Shown here one piece after another: positions 25,101-39,237 of a stretch of DNA of 64,000 nt. Position 1 is the stretch's first letter, and every line of letters starts with the position of its first letter. Source of the DNA: Cycas panzhihuaensis (lineage: Eukaryota > Plantae > Cycadophyta); NCBI GenBank assembly GCA_023213395.1, contig CM041465.1:130579741-130643740 (forward strand), given 5' to 3'. The notes under the pieces are model-generated. The model ran no database searches, was not told the origin of the DNA, and worked only from the letters and a program-made list of their open reading frames with translations. A program made the position numbers and the translations under genes.

Positions 25101-26190
25101 AAAAAGCATTGTATGGTCTAAAACAAGCCTTGAGAGCCTACTATGATAGATTGGACCAGTATCTTATTTAAAATCAATTTCAAAGATGTGAATCTAACCC
25201 CAATTTATATGTCAAGATCAAAAAATCTAATATCCATAATAGTTATATATGTGAATGACATGATTTTGACATGAAGTGATACTAACTCTATCTCATTTAT
25301 AAAGAACCAATTTGAAAAGTAGTTTGAAATGATTGATCTTGGTCTCTTACATTATTATCTTGGAATTGAGGTAGAGACTTCATTTTTTTATCTCAATCAA
25401 AATATGTGAGAAGTTTACTTCCAAAATTCAAGATGGAAAATTGCAACAGTTGTATCACACCTATGGGAACAGAATGCTCCTTGACAAAAAATGATGATGG
25501 TCAAGTTGTAGATACCCAACTGTACAAACAATTGGTAGGAAGTCTAATTTATCTCACTGTCACTAGGCTAGATATCTCATACTTAGTTGCAGTGATTTCC
25601 AAATTCATACAAGAACCCAAGCTATCTCACTAGAATGCAGCAAAGAGAATTCTTAGATATTTGAAAGGCACTTCAAACCTAGGACTAAAATATGCAAAAT
25701 CTGAGAAAATAGAACTACTTGGTTTTAGTGATTCTAATTGGGCAAGTGACAAAGGAGACAAAAAATCCACCACAGGCTATTGTTTCTCTCTTAATTTAGC
25801 AGTTATTTCTTAGAGCAACAAGAAACAACCAATCGTTGCATTATCTTCCCCTAAAGTTGAATACAAAGCAGTAGTAAGTGCTACTTGTGAGGCTATTTGA
25901 ATTAGACAAGTACTGAAGGAGCTAAAATGAGAACAAGATTGACCAACAACTCTCTACTATGATAATCAAAGTACAATCAAGTTGACAAAGAATCTAATCT
26001 TTCATGTCAGAACAAAGCACATAGAAGTCCATCATCACTTCATCAAGGAAAAGGTTCAGAACAAGGAATTGGAGCTAGTTCACTACACCACAAACAACCA
26101 AGTTATTGACATATCCACAAAGCCATTATTAAGAGAGAAATTTCAATTCTTTTAGGACCAACTTGGTTTGGAACAGATAAAACATTAAGA
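22107..26190 (+). pseudogene. gag-pol remnant of copia element E
   Basis: CFNCGKPGHFASEC, YIDSGATNHM, IHTDLYGP, FIDDFSRKTW, KYKARLVAKGY, YKQLVGSLIYL; multiple stops and frameshifts. Confidence 0.9.
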
Positions 26191-27522
26191 GAAGGGTGTT
26201 AGAAATAATGTATTTATTTATAGGTTGGCCTATAGTAAATTCAAGTTTAGTATGAGCATCCCAGTTTATATGGAAGTTAGCCAGAATATATGTAAGTTGG
26301 TCAGAATAAATTATGGTATGGTGAAAATGTTTATTGTATCATTGAAGTTAGTTTTAGTATAAAGATATTTTCTCCTCATGAGGTTGACCACAATGTGAGG
26401 GTCTTGATCGTACTATATAAAGACACTTTGCACTTCATTTTAGATATTCAATTCATGGAGAATCCTCTCCATATTTTTGGCTCTTTAATTTTGCTATTTT
26501 TCATTGTTTGTATGTATTTTAGATATGCATAAGGTGTAACTTTGTAACAACATTAGGATACAAGAAATAAGAACAATGTTTATTGCTTAATGATACAAGA
26601 GAGAATTTTACAAGTATTTAAAGAGAATACATGAAATGCATGAGGAACAAGTGTCAATCATGCTAGACAAGTGTAATTACTTTCTAAATATAGAAAATCT
26701 AAGACAGCTAAATTACTAATGCTATAAAGAGGAAATATTATTTCTAACAATGCTTGTATGGTTGAGGCTGTAATATTGAGGAGACCATCCAATAGTACTT
26801 AGCCAATGTAGTGGATAGGTAGCCTAGAGACTTTAGGTTGACCATTCCCACTTCATTGCATGAAAATATTGACATGATAGCCCAGTGTCAATATTTACCC
26901 TATAGTGGGTTGAGTCCCTATTAAGAATCAGACCCTCAATTAATGAAGAAGGATGGAATCTCACTTGATTATTGATGGAGGGAAACCTCCTTTATATACA
27001 ACAGATTTTGTAAACGTTACACGGTTATTACATTAAATATATGAATTAAATGTAATGAGGGTCTAAATATATTGTCCCCCCTTCTTTAATGTTCCTAGGA
27101 TAAAACATTGCATTCTAACACCCTCTCTTAATGTTTTATCCTTTTTAGTCATAATCTTTCTCTAAGAGTTTGAAATTTCTCTCTCCCAAGAGATTTTGTT
27201 AAGATATCTGCAACCCGATCTGCTATTGGGCAATATGTCAAATCAATTCCTTTACTTTGCACCTTTTACTGGATGAAATGATGATGCACTTCTATGTGCT
27301 TTGTTCATGCATGCAAGATGGGGTTCTTGGTTAACTTAATTGCACTTTGATTATCACAAAGTAGCATTGTTGGTTCTTGTTACAATTGTTTTATGTCTCT
27401 TAGCAGTTGTCTAAGCCAGAGAGCTTCGCATGTTGCGCTGACAGCTAATTTGTATTTTGCTTCGATTGAAGAGAGCGCAACAGTAGGTTGCTTCTTGTTG
27501 CACCATGAAATGGCAGCTAATC

Positions 27523-30500
27523 TAAGACGTTTCTTCTCACCAGCACTCTTGAGATAGCAGAGAATTGACAATCACAGCAGTGTCTTCTTATCCAATAGAG
27601 CAAACAAATTAACCAAGAGTTTCACAGGAACACCAGAGCGCTAAATGATCACCAAAGATAGAAAGTACCGCAGCACAATCTTTATAAACTGTTCTATCAA
27701 GATAACCATCATTTACAATTTATGACCCTTATATAGACAAAAGAGGGTCTTATACATGTAATCCTATTGGCGGCCTAAGCAGCCTTACATTCTATTGGAC
27801 GGCAGCGACCATGCATACCATTGGCCTGCTAGACAACACATGCACAAAGTTCCATAGTGGTTTACATAACTTAGCCGGATAAGTTATGTAACAAGTCCCC
27901 TCCCCTAAGATGTCGAGTCCTCAAGGCATGTGAGATGCGGGTGCTCTTTGACAAACTCATCGGACTCCCAAGTTGCTTCGTCAGAGTTGCAGCCTGTCCA
28001 CTATATCAAATATTCTGAAATGAACTGATTCCGGAGACAGCGTTGTCTGGTAGCCAGTATACGTTCTGGAGGTACGGACAAGGTTTGCTCTTCATCCAAA
28101 ATTGGAAGGGTTGCCTGGGGAATATGGGTTTTGGTTAGACACTTCTTAAGACAGAAGACATGAAAAACATTATGGATGTTTGTGGCGGGGGGAAGGTCGA
28201 GAGCATATGCAACTTCACCAATACGTTTAAGGACTTTATAAGGGCCATTGAGGGCTAAGTGTGTGGTTCTTATGATGGCAAAGGGATTGTTGCTTATAAC
28301 GTTAGAGACGAAGGAATACAAGATCCCCAATATTGAAGGAGCGATCAGAGCGGTGGCGGTCTGCTAATTGTTTCATTCGATTTTGGGCCATGGATAGGTT
28401 TTGTTTAAGGGTGTGGAGAATTTGGTCCATATGCTGCAATTTTTGTTGTACTACTGTCGTACGGAGATTGGTTGCCAAGGTGTGGTGGGACGGCGGGGGA
28501 TACCCATAGAGGGCCAAAAATGGGGACATTCCAATGGTTAAATGGTGTGAAGAGTTGTACCAATACTCAGCTAGGGCTAGCCATGATGTCCATTTAGACT
28601 GGTGGTTCGATGCAAACCAACGTAAGTAGGTCTCCAGAGTTTTGTTAAGGACCTCAGACTGGCCATCGGTCTATGGATGGTATGCAAAATTCATGTTGAA
28701 TGATGTTCCTAATGCGCGGAATAGCTCTTGCCAGAAGGAGCTAGTGAATTTAGGGTCACGATCACATACAATGGTGGATGGAAAACTGTGCAAACGAAAT
28801 ATTGTCTAGATGTAAATATCAGCAATACGCGGAGCTTTATAGGTTGTGTGGACAAGCAAGAAGGGCATATCTTGTCAATCGATTTATGACTACTAAAATG
28901 GAGTCAGATCCAGCAGATGGTGGTAGGCCCGTTATAAAGTCCATGGCAATGTCTTGCCATTTACCTTGTGGGATGTGCAACAGCTGAAGGAGGCCTGGTT
29001 GGGGTTTTGTATCAACTTTGTTACTTTGGCATGTGTCGCATCCCGAGACAAAGTTAAGGATGGTAGATTTCATTTCTGGCCAAAAGAAATCAGAACGAAT
29101 CCTACGATAAGTTTTATCAAAACCAGAATGACCGCCAAGAGGGGAAGAATGATATTCTGATAAAATCCGTGGGATAAAAGCTGAGTGGGGATGTACGAAT
29201 ATGTGATTTTGGTATAAGAGAAGATTATTATTGATGGACCAATCCTTATGAGTGTGGACCTTATTAGCCCAGTGCGCAAAATCAGGTTGGTTTTGGTTAG
29301 CCATGGCTAAATCCTGTAGCCATGTTGGTTGTGGGAAAGAAATGGCATAAATGGTGGGGTCCTCAGTGTGACCGGTGTTATCGCCAAGTGTAGGTGAAGG
29401 CAACCTCGAGAGAGCATCTGCCACAATGTTATCTTTCCCCTTTTTATATGTGATTGTAAAATTGAAAACTTGGAGGCGGTCAATCCATTTAGCTTGCTCT
29501 TCTGAGAGGACTGGTTGATCTAGTAAGCAGCGAAGGCTATGATGATCAGTGAGGATAGTGAATTTAGAACCAAGTAGATACTGTCACCACTTGTCAACAG
29601 CATGGAGGATGGCCTGCATTTCTTTGTGATAGGTAGAAAGTGTACACTCATGATCTTTGAGTTTTCGACTTTCGAAGGTGATGGGGTGGAAGTCCTGCAT
29701 TAAAATTGCACCCAATCCAAACCCAAAAGCATCACATTCTAATTGGAAAGGCCGAGAAAAGTCAGGAGAGGCCAAGACTGGGGTGGTTGTCATGACCTCC
29801 TTTAAATGGAGTAAGGCCTCATTAGCTGAGGGGGACCATTGGAAGGAATCCTTCCGAAGTAAGTGGGTTAAGGGGGTGGTTAGTGTGGCATAATTTCGAA
29901 CGAATCGACGATAGAATCCGGTAAGTCCTAGGAAAGCCCGCAATTGGGTCAAGGTTTTTGGGATTGGCCAATTAGTGATGACAAAGATTTTATTGGGATC
30001 CACTCAAACCCCTGCACAGGATATAATATGACCAAGGTATTGTAGTTCAGATTTCCCAAACTCACACTTGGAGAGTTTAGCATACAGTTTATTCTCGGCT
30101 AGGATTTGAAGGACTGTTTCCAGATGCGGAATGTGGGCAGGCATTTTGAGCTATAGATAAGAATATTGTCGAAGAAGACGATGACAAATTTTCGTAGGTA
30201 TGGTGAAAAGATCTTGTTCATGAGGGCCTGAAAGGTGGTCAGAGCATTACATAGGCCAAAGGGCATGACTCGGAACTCAAGGTGGCCATGGTGGATTCAA
30301 AAAGCCGTTTTATGTTGATCCTCTGGCAAGATAGGGATTTGGTAATATCCTGACTGTAAATCAAGTTTTGTGAAAATTGCAGCACCATGGATTTCATCTA
30401 ACATGTCATCGATTCGTGGCATGGGAAACTTGTTTTTTATGGTGATTTTATTGAGTGCACGATAGTCAACGCAAAGTCAGAAAGAGCCATCCTTTTTGCG

Positions 30501-33500
30501 AACTAAAACGATGGGTGCCGCATACGGGCTTTTACTAGGTTGGATGATACCCATGTCCAACAATTCCAGCGTGATTTTTTCAATTTCATTTTTTTGGAAA
30601 TAGGAGATCCTATATGGTCGAAGGCTAATCTGGTCGTGCAAACTTTGTAGCTCAATAATATCGTAAAAACCTCAATCGGACGGGGGGCTGGCAAGTAATG
30701 GAGCAAATACAAATTGGTATCAATCTAATACTTGTCAGATATCAGGGTGGATACTCGAGGGAGCCTAGATATGGTTAAGACGAACAATGTATCCTATGTT
30801 ACCGTTGAGTTGGTGGCGCATTCGAGTGGGTGAGATTACTTTGTTTGGGGGGGCTTGCATCCCATAAAGTTTATGAGAGCGGCCCATGTGATCTTTGAAC
30901 ATAATGAAGGGGGTCGTGGGTGAGTTATTGGTGCTATAAGTTCCTAGAGTTTGGAGCCATTGTACACCAAGAATTGCATCTGACCCACCTATGGATAGGG
31001 CATAAAAATCAGAGACAAGGGTATATGAGCCAATGTGGACTGTGAGGTTTTTTATTGTTCCAGCACAATGGAGGGTGTGATGACTAGGTAAGGAGCAAGT
31101 GAAGCCTGTTTTAGGTTCTATGTAAAGATTCAGCTGACGAGCAATGGAGATATTGATGAAATTTAGCGATGCGCCACCATTGATCAAAATGGTAATTGGG
31201 GTTTTCCTAAGTATTCTTTTGACTCGAAGTGGTTTAGGACATGCAATGGAGGTAACCGTTGATAAGGAAACTTCAGGCTCAGGGTTTGGGGGCAACTCAT
31301 CAATAGGGTGGTCTTGGGGTTCATCATCATATTCATGCTCAATCTCGGGGTCATCATCCAAGGATAAGTCAGGGTCAATTGTGAAGACCATCTTCCTGGC
31401 TTTGCAGATTCTGTTATGACCAGTGGTCCATTTTTCAGAACATTGCATACATAGACCGGCTTCCCAATGACGTTGTGCCTCTGCTGGAGTGATGTGTATG
31501 GACTTCGAAGATGGTTCCTCCGTGCGCTGCTCGAGAGATGTAGCTAGGGTGTCCTCTGGTCGTGGGCGTGATTGTTGGTAGTCAGTTGGATGTGGTCTTT
31601 GGGACCAGGCTGGATCAACTTATAGGGATCGTGAAAGCCAAGTGGAGTCTTGTCTGAATGGAGGAGGTCTTTCTGCGGAAAATTCCGCTTCTACTGCTTT
31701 AGCCATATTAATCGCATCCTTTAGAGTAGATAGGGAGACTGTCTTTAGGTGCATTTGGATACGTTCTTTAAGCCCAGACACATACATATCTATCTCTGTC
31801 TGGTTATCAAGTTGCTGATCAACCCGATTACGTAAAGATTGGAACTCATCAGTGTAAACTTCGGTAGAGGATACTTGCTTCAAACGTGTTAGCTGTGTGA
31901 AAAATGATTGGTTCCAAGTGTCTTCATACTGCTCGAAAAAACTGGCAGAGAAGTGTGCCCAAGAATGGTTGGAGGGATACTCCCGCTTCCACCATCAAAA
32001 CCAATGATGTGCCTTCCCATCTAAGTGGATGGAAGCAAATGTAAGTTGCTCATTTACTAACATTGGGTTGAGTGTAAAGTAGGATTCTAGTTTGGTAATC
32101 CAACTTCGTGCACTATCCCTATTAAGATCTGGATCAAATGTGGGTATGTTGATCTTATGATGGAATGGTTGCTTGCTGACATGGAGGCAGAGGCACGATT
32201 TGTTGCTGTGAGGGGCCAACTGGTGGTGGAGGAGAGAAGTTGTTCAACCTCTTAATTACATGTTGGACATCATCATGGGATGCTAGGTTTTGCAATCTTG
32301 AGCTAAATTCTATCCGCATGGTAGCTACTTCATTTTTAACGTCCTCGCATATGTGGCCAAAATTATCTACTTTATCCTGAATACTATTGACTTGGGTCTC
32401 GAGTGCCAAGATTTTGTCACTGTTGCTTTGAGGAGCCATGGAGAAAGGGCGTAAAGAGGTGGGAATAAGTAGAAAGAAGGGGAATGAAGGAAGTGGGAAA
32501 GATCAAGAAAGAACGAGATGTGAGAAAAAGGGAGTTGTTAAGGGAAGGAGAAGGGGGCAAATAGGGAGATTATGGGGTGTCTATAGCCTATTGACCCCAA
32601 CAAAAGTTACATAAACAAGATATTATGTTCTCTCAAACAAGTGCAAAAAGCTTGTTTAAATGGGGCATATGAAGTGTGGGGGGGGATGAGGGTGGTGGGA
32701 CCCATCGATGACTAGGTCCTAAAAATCATGAAAATTTCTACTATATACCAACCTAGTGCAAACTGACCAGTACGATGTGCCGATCAAAATGACGTATATA
32801 CTTGTAAGGATAAATTTTCTCACTGAATTTTTTTTTTTTTTTTCTTTTCTTTTCTTTTCTTCTTTTTTTTTTTTTCCTCCTTCCTGTAGTGGATCTGACT
32901 TCGCTGACAGGTTCTGAGTTCAGGTAGTAGGATGAATCTTTTTTTTTTCCAAAATGTGAGGTAACTTACGGTCTGAACCTGGAATATGTATACCAAAGTA
33001 TCCTACCAACCACTAGACAAGGTGTGCTTCGTCTTATAGGCCTGCCAATAAACTATAGAAGTTTGGGGTAGGTAGCTTCGTGGCACTAACCGCTAACCAC
33101 TGCACTACAAGACTTCAGCAGTCGATAGTTGCCTATGCTAGGAAAGGATTGGGACCTGAAGGGTCCTCCTATATACCCGAAGGTACGTGGAGGCACACTT
33201 GGTAGCTGTGTTACATCTAGGGCTTGGCTAAGGAGTGTTACTCCAATCCTTCACGCAAAGGGCGAGAAGACCACTATGTGCTTAGCCAAAACGACAGATC
33301 CCTGCGATATTTAAAGACCCCCAATACAAGGTCTCTACCTAACTACTTGGGTAGCTACCCAGCGGTGTTATCTACCCAGGAAAGGAGGTGGGAGAGAGAA
33401 AGGGTAACCGCCCAGTGGTGTTATCTACCCTTTAGATATAATTCAATGCAAAAATTGAAATATAGAAATGAAATTAAAACCAGATGAAAGATAAAGTACT

Positions 33501-34073
33501 AGCATTACCTAGGAAAAGAATTTCCCTTTTCTCCCAACTCTTAGACTGTCCTGGTACCGTTCCTCAATCTCCGTGGAGAGAGTACTAAGTGAAGGTCTTT
33601 CCTCGATCTCTACTAGAGAGAGTACTCGATCTGACAGGGAAAAAAAAAAATTCTGATCTTTCGGGCAGCTTCCCACGATCGCAACGCAGATCTGATACCA
33701 CTTGAGACGTTTCTTCTCACCAGCACTCTTGAGATAGCAGAGAATTGACAATTGCAGCAGTGTCTTCTTATCCAATAGAGCAAACAAATTAACCAAGAGT
33801 TTCACAGGAACACCAGAGTGCTAAATGATCACCAAAGATAGAAAGTACCGCAACACAATCTTTATAAAATGTTCTATCAAGATAACCATCATTTACAATT
33901 TATGGCCCTTATATAGACAAAAGAGGGTCTTATACATGTAATCCTATTGGCGACCTAAGCGGCCTCACATTCTATTGCACGACAGCGACCATGCATACCA
34001 TTGGCCCACTAGACGGCACATGCACAAAGTTCCATAGTGGTTTACATAACTTAGTCGGATAAGTTATATAACA
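27523..34073 (-). mobile_element. Ty3/gypsy chromovirus element H (Reina/Tekay-type), full length
   Basis: 371-bp LTRs 27523-27893 and 33703-34073 (~18 mismatches by eye); TSD TAATC/TAATA; PBS TGGTATCAGA 33691-33700; PPT TAGGGGAGGGGA; domain order gag-PR-RT-RH-INT-chromodomain. Confidence 0.95.
27910..32439 (-). pseudogene. Gag-pol polyprotein remnant of element H with C-terminal chromodomain
   Basis: Gag WITKLESYF; PR LINGGAS; [11 protein letters not shown] and VFFDNIL; RH LECDAFGFGLGAIL; INT GGHSG..MDFITGLP, GPYKV; chromodomain EYLI*WTG..EATWE; stops and frameshifts. Confidence 0.9.
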
Positions 34074-36915
34074 TAATACCAGGAAGAAACAATATCCACT
34101 AGTTGATCTTTTGGTATCTTTATCTCCTACCCAGTCAGAGTTGCAATACCCAATCAGTTGAGTTGACTCTTCTTTGTTGTATACCAGTTTTAGATCTGTT
34201 GTTCCTTTTAGGTATCTGAGTATTATTTTTGCAGCCTTCCAATGCTTCAACTTTGGCTCCTACATGTATCTGGAAACCAGACCTATTGAATGTGAGATGT
34301 CAAGTCTTGTGGCAGTGAGATTAAGACTCCTGATTCGTTGTCTATAAAGTGTGCAATCAACTGAAGGCTCCCCTTCTTCTGGGATTAGATTACAATTTAC
34401 TTCCATAGGTGTTGCACATTCATTTACCTTGTGAGAGTGCAATATACTTTTCATTTTGTTCAATTTCAATTCCTAGATAATAGTTCAAAGAACCTAAGTC
34501 AATCATTTCAAAATCCTTTTCTAACTAACTTTTTATATTTGAGATAGACTTGGTGTCATCTCCAGTGAGTATCATGTCATCAACATAGACCACTACAATT
34601 GAAATTGTTCCATTGTTTCTTTTTATGTAGAGACTAGAATCATAGTTGCACCTTTGGAAGCCATTTTAAGACAGATGTTTGTCCAACTTAGCATACCAAG
34701 CTTTGGGGGCCTACTTCAACCCATACAGTGCCTTTTTGAGTTTACATACCAGGTGTTCTTGTCCTGACTGAACATAGCCTTCAAGTTGCTGCATGTAAAC
34801 TTCTTCTAATTCTCTGTTTAGAAAGGCACTCTTAACATCCAACTGGTAAATTTTCCAATTATTCTGGACTGCCAATGCTATCATTGTTCAAACTGTATTC
34901 ATTTTTGCCATAGGTGAGAGTGTTTCATCGAAGTCAATTCTAGCGGTCTGAGTGTATCATTTTGCCATAAGTTTTGCTTTGAATTTTCTTATTTTTCCAT
35001 CTGCACCCTCTTTTATTTTGTACACCCACTTGCAATTGACTATTGGCTTGTTGGGAAGTAATTCTACCAAGTCCCAAGTCCGATTTTTGGCAATGGCATC
35101 CATCTCTGTATCCATGGTTGCTCTCCACTCTGCATGCTTTTTTGCTTCTTCAAATGATTGTGGCTGTAGTCTGTTGAAAAGCGCTTGATGTTGTTGACTT
35201 CTAGTCCTATGTGCAAATATATCTCCTTTTCCATCCTCTATGGTTTTGATGTATCATTTTGGCACCTTTTTCTGTGGTGCTTCAAAAGTTGATTCTTCTG
35301 ATGAAGGTTCTTCTTCAATGTGAGGAGTAGATTTTGATTCTTCCAGCTCGGGTTATGTAGTCACTCTTGATTCTTCAACAAACAATTCTTCCTGAGGTTC
35401 AATTCTAGATACTCCTTCAATTGTTTGTATTGAAGACTTGACCTCAAATGGAATTTCTTCATTAAAGACTACATCCCTACTTACGTAGATTTTATTGGTC
35501 TTGGGATCTATGTATTTGTACCCTTTTGAGTTTTTACTGTATCCCACCATGACACATTCTATGCATTTTGAATCTAGTTTTATCCTATTTTTATCTGGAA
35601 CATGTACAAAGGCCTGACTACCAAAGATTCTTATGTTACTTACATCAAGCTTCCTTCCAATCTAGGCTTCTTCAGGTGTACCTAATGCAGTATTGTTGTT
35701 GGACTTTGAATGATTAGATAACAAGTTGTACTTACTACCTCCGCCTAGTAAGTTCTCGAGACTTGTTTTTTATGGATCATGCTTCGAGCCATTTCCATTA
35801 TAGTTCTATTCTTTCGATTCGGCTACCTTTGTTTGGTAGGGTGTATAAGGGGTTGTGAACTGTCTTCGAATGCCCCTGGCTTTGCAGAAATTGAGAAATT
35901 CTTTTGGGATATATTCCCCTCCATTGTCTAACTTGATACATTTAATTTTATATCTTGATTCTAATTCTACTTCAGCTTTGAATTCTTTAAATGTATCAGA
36001 CACATCTAACTTATTATGAATGAAATACACCCACACTTTCTGGTGAAGTCATGAATGAAGGTTAAAAAATATTTAGAACCATTTACAAATAGAAGAGTTA
36101 GAGGACCACACAAGTCTGTGTGTATTAGCTCCAGTTTCTCTTGAGCACGCCATTCATTAGTTCTGAAAGGAAAACGATGTTGTTTTCCACATTGACAGCC
36201 TTTGCAAACAAAATTCTCTGATGAGATAGAGGGAAGACCATTTACTACATTATTCTTCTTCATCATTTCTAATTTATCTAAGGGGAGATGTCCATACTTC
36301 AAATGCCACACTTTATTATTATTGAAATTTACAACAGAGAATGCTTTTACATCCATGTTTGGATCAACAGGAATGGACAACAATTTGTACAGATCATTGT
36401 ACTTTACTCCCTTAGCAATAACAACACCTCCATTTTTCATGTCCAACACATAGCACATCCCCTTTTCGTCAAAAATGGTCCTCAAGCCCTTGTTGTTTAG
36501 TTGAGATACTGACAGGACATTCATCTTGAGTTCAGGTACAAAGAGTACATTACCGATTTTCTTCACAGAACCTAGCAGATTTATAGCAATAGTTCCTACT
36601 CCTTCAATGCTCAAAGGGTACTTATCTCCAAGCTCGACAGCCTTTGATGAATAGGTTTTGATTGACTCAAACCAATCTTTTATGTTCATCATGTGCCTTG
36701 ATGCTCTTGAGTCAATGAACCATACATCAGAGTCATGAAGACTTGCTAACAGGGCAGCAATGAAAGTTATTTCTTCTTCCTCTTCCTCTAACTATTCTTT
36801 GTTGTAGTTGTTGACTGGTCTCTTCCCTCTCTAAATCTCTTCTCTTCACTAACGACACTTGTATGGATAGTGTCCTGACTGTCCGCAGTGATAGCAAACA
36901 TCAAACATTAGGCAT

Positions 36916-38995
36916 TGTTAAAGGTAATGTTTTATCTAGGCTATTTAAGTCTTTTCTAAAGTATCTTATGAGGGTCATGTATCATTACCCCTTTCTATGT
37001 AAGAATGACAAGTGGCATAATCCTATCAAGCGGTTGCCATATGTTCGATACTCTTTGTAATGTATTTATAGCTTCACAATGATGAATAAAGCATTGGAGA
37101 GATTTCTTTTTAACATGGTATTGGAGCAGGTTGTGACCATTTGGTCAAAAATTTAATTCATTGTCTGAATCTGAAAGAGGAGTCCATTAGGGTTTTAATT
37201 TATTGTCTGAATTTGAAGAAGATAGGATCAAAATCTCAAGAGAAGATAGCAGAATTGAAGCACAAGCAATCTCCAGAAGATAAATCTCATTTATTGCCAA
37301 AAGTACAGTCATGGTATGGACCCTGTACAGACGAAAATTTTTGAAGTGCTCAGATTGAGCCCAAATTTCACCAACAAGCTCGTCTTGGTACAATCGTCAC
37401 TTTATTCTAAAGGCATGAAGAGTTTTAAAGACGTTTTGCTAGGGTTTTGACCTATTTTATAAATGCACAAGTTTTTGGAGAAATGTGCTCATTTCTTCCG
37501 TACAGATCAATTAAACCAGGTAATACCTACCTCAGTCTCTTCATATTTTCAATACAAAACTTTTGAGACCAATTTCGAAGCTAGATTTGGAGTATTTTTT
37601 TTATTTGAAGCAATTTTCATTTTTAGCCCTAGTTGTCCATCAGAGATTTAATCTCAGTTTCTGACCAAACCAGACTTCAACTGAAAAAAAAAATTTGTAC
37701 ATCCGAACTCCTCTCGTCAAGTACTTCATTTTGGATCCATTTTTTATCAATTTCGTACACCTGCAAAAATTCATACTTTTCTGTATATCGTACAGCCGTA
37801 CAGCACTGATACAAACTTTTTAGAATAATTTTTTATTTAATTATTATCTCCTCATGGCCTCCTCTGCTGTAGCATTGTCTGAAGTTGATAAATTGACTAA
37901 AATGAACTTTAGTATTTGGAAAATCAAGATTGAGGGCCTCTTAAGAGCAAAAAATGCTTGGAAAGTCACCATCGGTGATAGAAAATAGCCCACCGAAATA
38001 GTTGATTTATTAAGTTGGGAAGAAAGAAATAATATTGCAGTATCTATTCTTAAACTTTCAATTTATGATTCACTACTAGTTTATGTGGATGGTGTCAAAA
38101 GTGCTTATGAGATCTAGAAAATTATGTCCTCCATGTTTAGTAGAAAAAATGAAGCCAGAATAGTTGGCCTCAAAGAGGAACTTTATAAGCTTAAAATGAA
38201 AAAAGGATAGACAATGTCTGAATTCATAGCTAAACTGACAAATATCAGAAATGCTCTCCACACAGCTGGAGACAAAGTAACCAACACGGAATTAATACGT
38301 CTTGTGCTTAATAAGTTACCAAAGTCATTTGATAAAATGGTAAACATGTTGACAGGAGGAGGACAAACAGCAGCGACGACCTTTGATGCTCTTATAGGTC
38401 ACATGCTCAATCAAGAACAAAGGAACCAGTGATATGAAGAAGATGTTGAAGTTGAAGAAGCACTTATCACCAAATTTCATTTAGGAGGTTGAGGACAAGG
38501 CCAATATAATCTCAGAATGAGAGGAAGAACAACAACTAGTTACAAAGACGTTGGACTGAAGGAAGGGGAAGAGGAAGAGCTACTATTAATCCTCCACGTC
38601 ATGCCAAAGTTTGCTTCCATTATGGAAAATCAGGCCATTTCTCCAGTAATTGCAGAAGCTTTGATGTCAGCTATCACTGCAGACAAACAGGCCATTATCC
38701 ATACCAAAGTTACCAGAGACGAGCAGAAATTCAAAAGGGCAAGCAAGTGTCCAGAAACTATAGCAGAGAATGAGACTCAACAAAAGAAGAAGTTGAAACT
38801 GCCTTTGCAGCAACATTAGCAGCAAGTCTCAATGCTTCAAAAAATTGGTATGTTGACTCAGGAGCTTCACATCACATGATTGGAATTGAAGAATGGTTTG
38901 AAATCCCCAAACCATATGATCTCAACAAAACTATGGAGTTAGGAGATAACTTTCCCTTACACATAAAAGGGATAGGACAAATAGCCATAAAAATT
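36916..38995 (+). mobile_element. Ty1/copia element J: 5' LTR (36916-37115), PBS, gag, PR; truncated
   Basis: TGTTA..TAACA 200-bp LTR then TGGTATTGGAGC; gag from ~37854; WYVDSGASHHM; inserted in the gag of G. Confidence 0.88.
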
Positions 38996-39237
38996 GATGT
39001 TTTGGCTTTGACATGAACCTGGATATCATTCCAATTGTAAAGGTAATATCAGGCCCAGTTGTAGTCAAATAGATGAGACATTCAACCAACTACCTATACA
39101 ATGTGTGATTTATTTGGTTTTGTATCTGTATCCATGGGGATTTGGGTAGGTTTACAGTTCTCCATTCCAAATTTCTTCAGAATTTTCCATGCATATTTAG
39201 CCTGTGAAATCAAGATTCTCCTACACTTTTTCCAAAT

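Larger units (their letters stand above)
16141..26549 (+). mobile_element. Full-length decayed Ty1/copia element E (host of F)
   Basis: ~353-bp LTRs 16141-16493 and 26197-26549; PBS TGGTATCAGAGC 16494-16505; PPT AAGAGAAGGG before 26197; gag from 17316, PR, INT, RT, RNase H to ~26190; flanks GCATC/ACATT (poor TSD). Confidence 0.93.
4800..26749 (-). mobile_element. Ty1/copia element C (host of B, D, E). Pieces: 4800-4888, 9476-9883, 13330-16140 and 5' LTR remnant ~26555-26749; 3'-truncated in RT
   Basis: RT start DTWELVQAPQDKPIIGCKWVYK split by B; integrase/PR/gag ORFs at 13458-15357; LTR remnant matches the LTRs of same-family element I (48167-48358). Confidence 0.85.
26755..36915 (-). mobile_element. 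Ty1/copia element G (host of H); 3' LTR ~26755-27120; 5' end lost
   Basis: PPT AAGAGAGGG next to 27120; RNase H AISWCNKKQPTVALSS; RT 34080-35150; INT 35500-36150; PR and gag knuckle to 36915; left LTR boundary uncertain. Confidence 0.85.
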
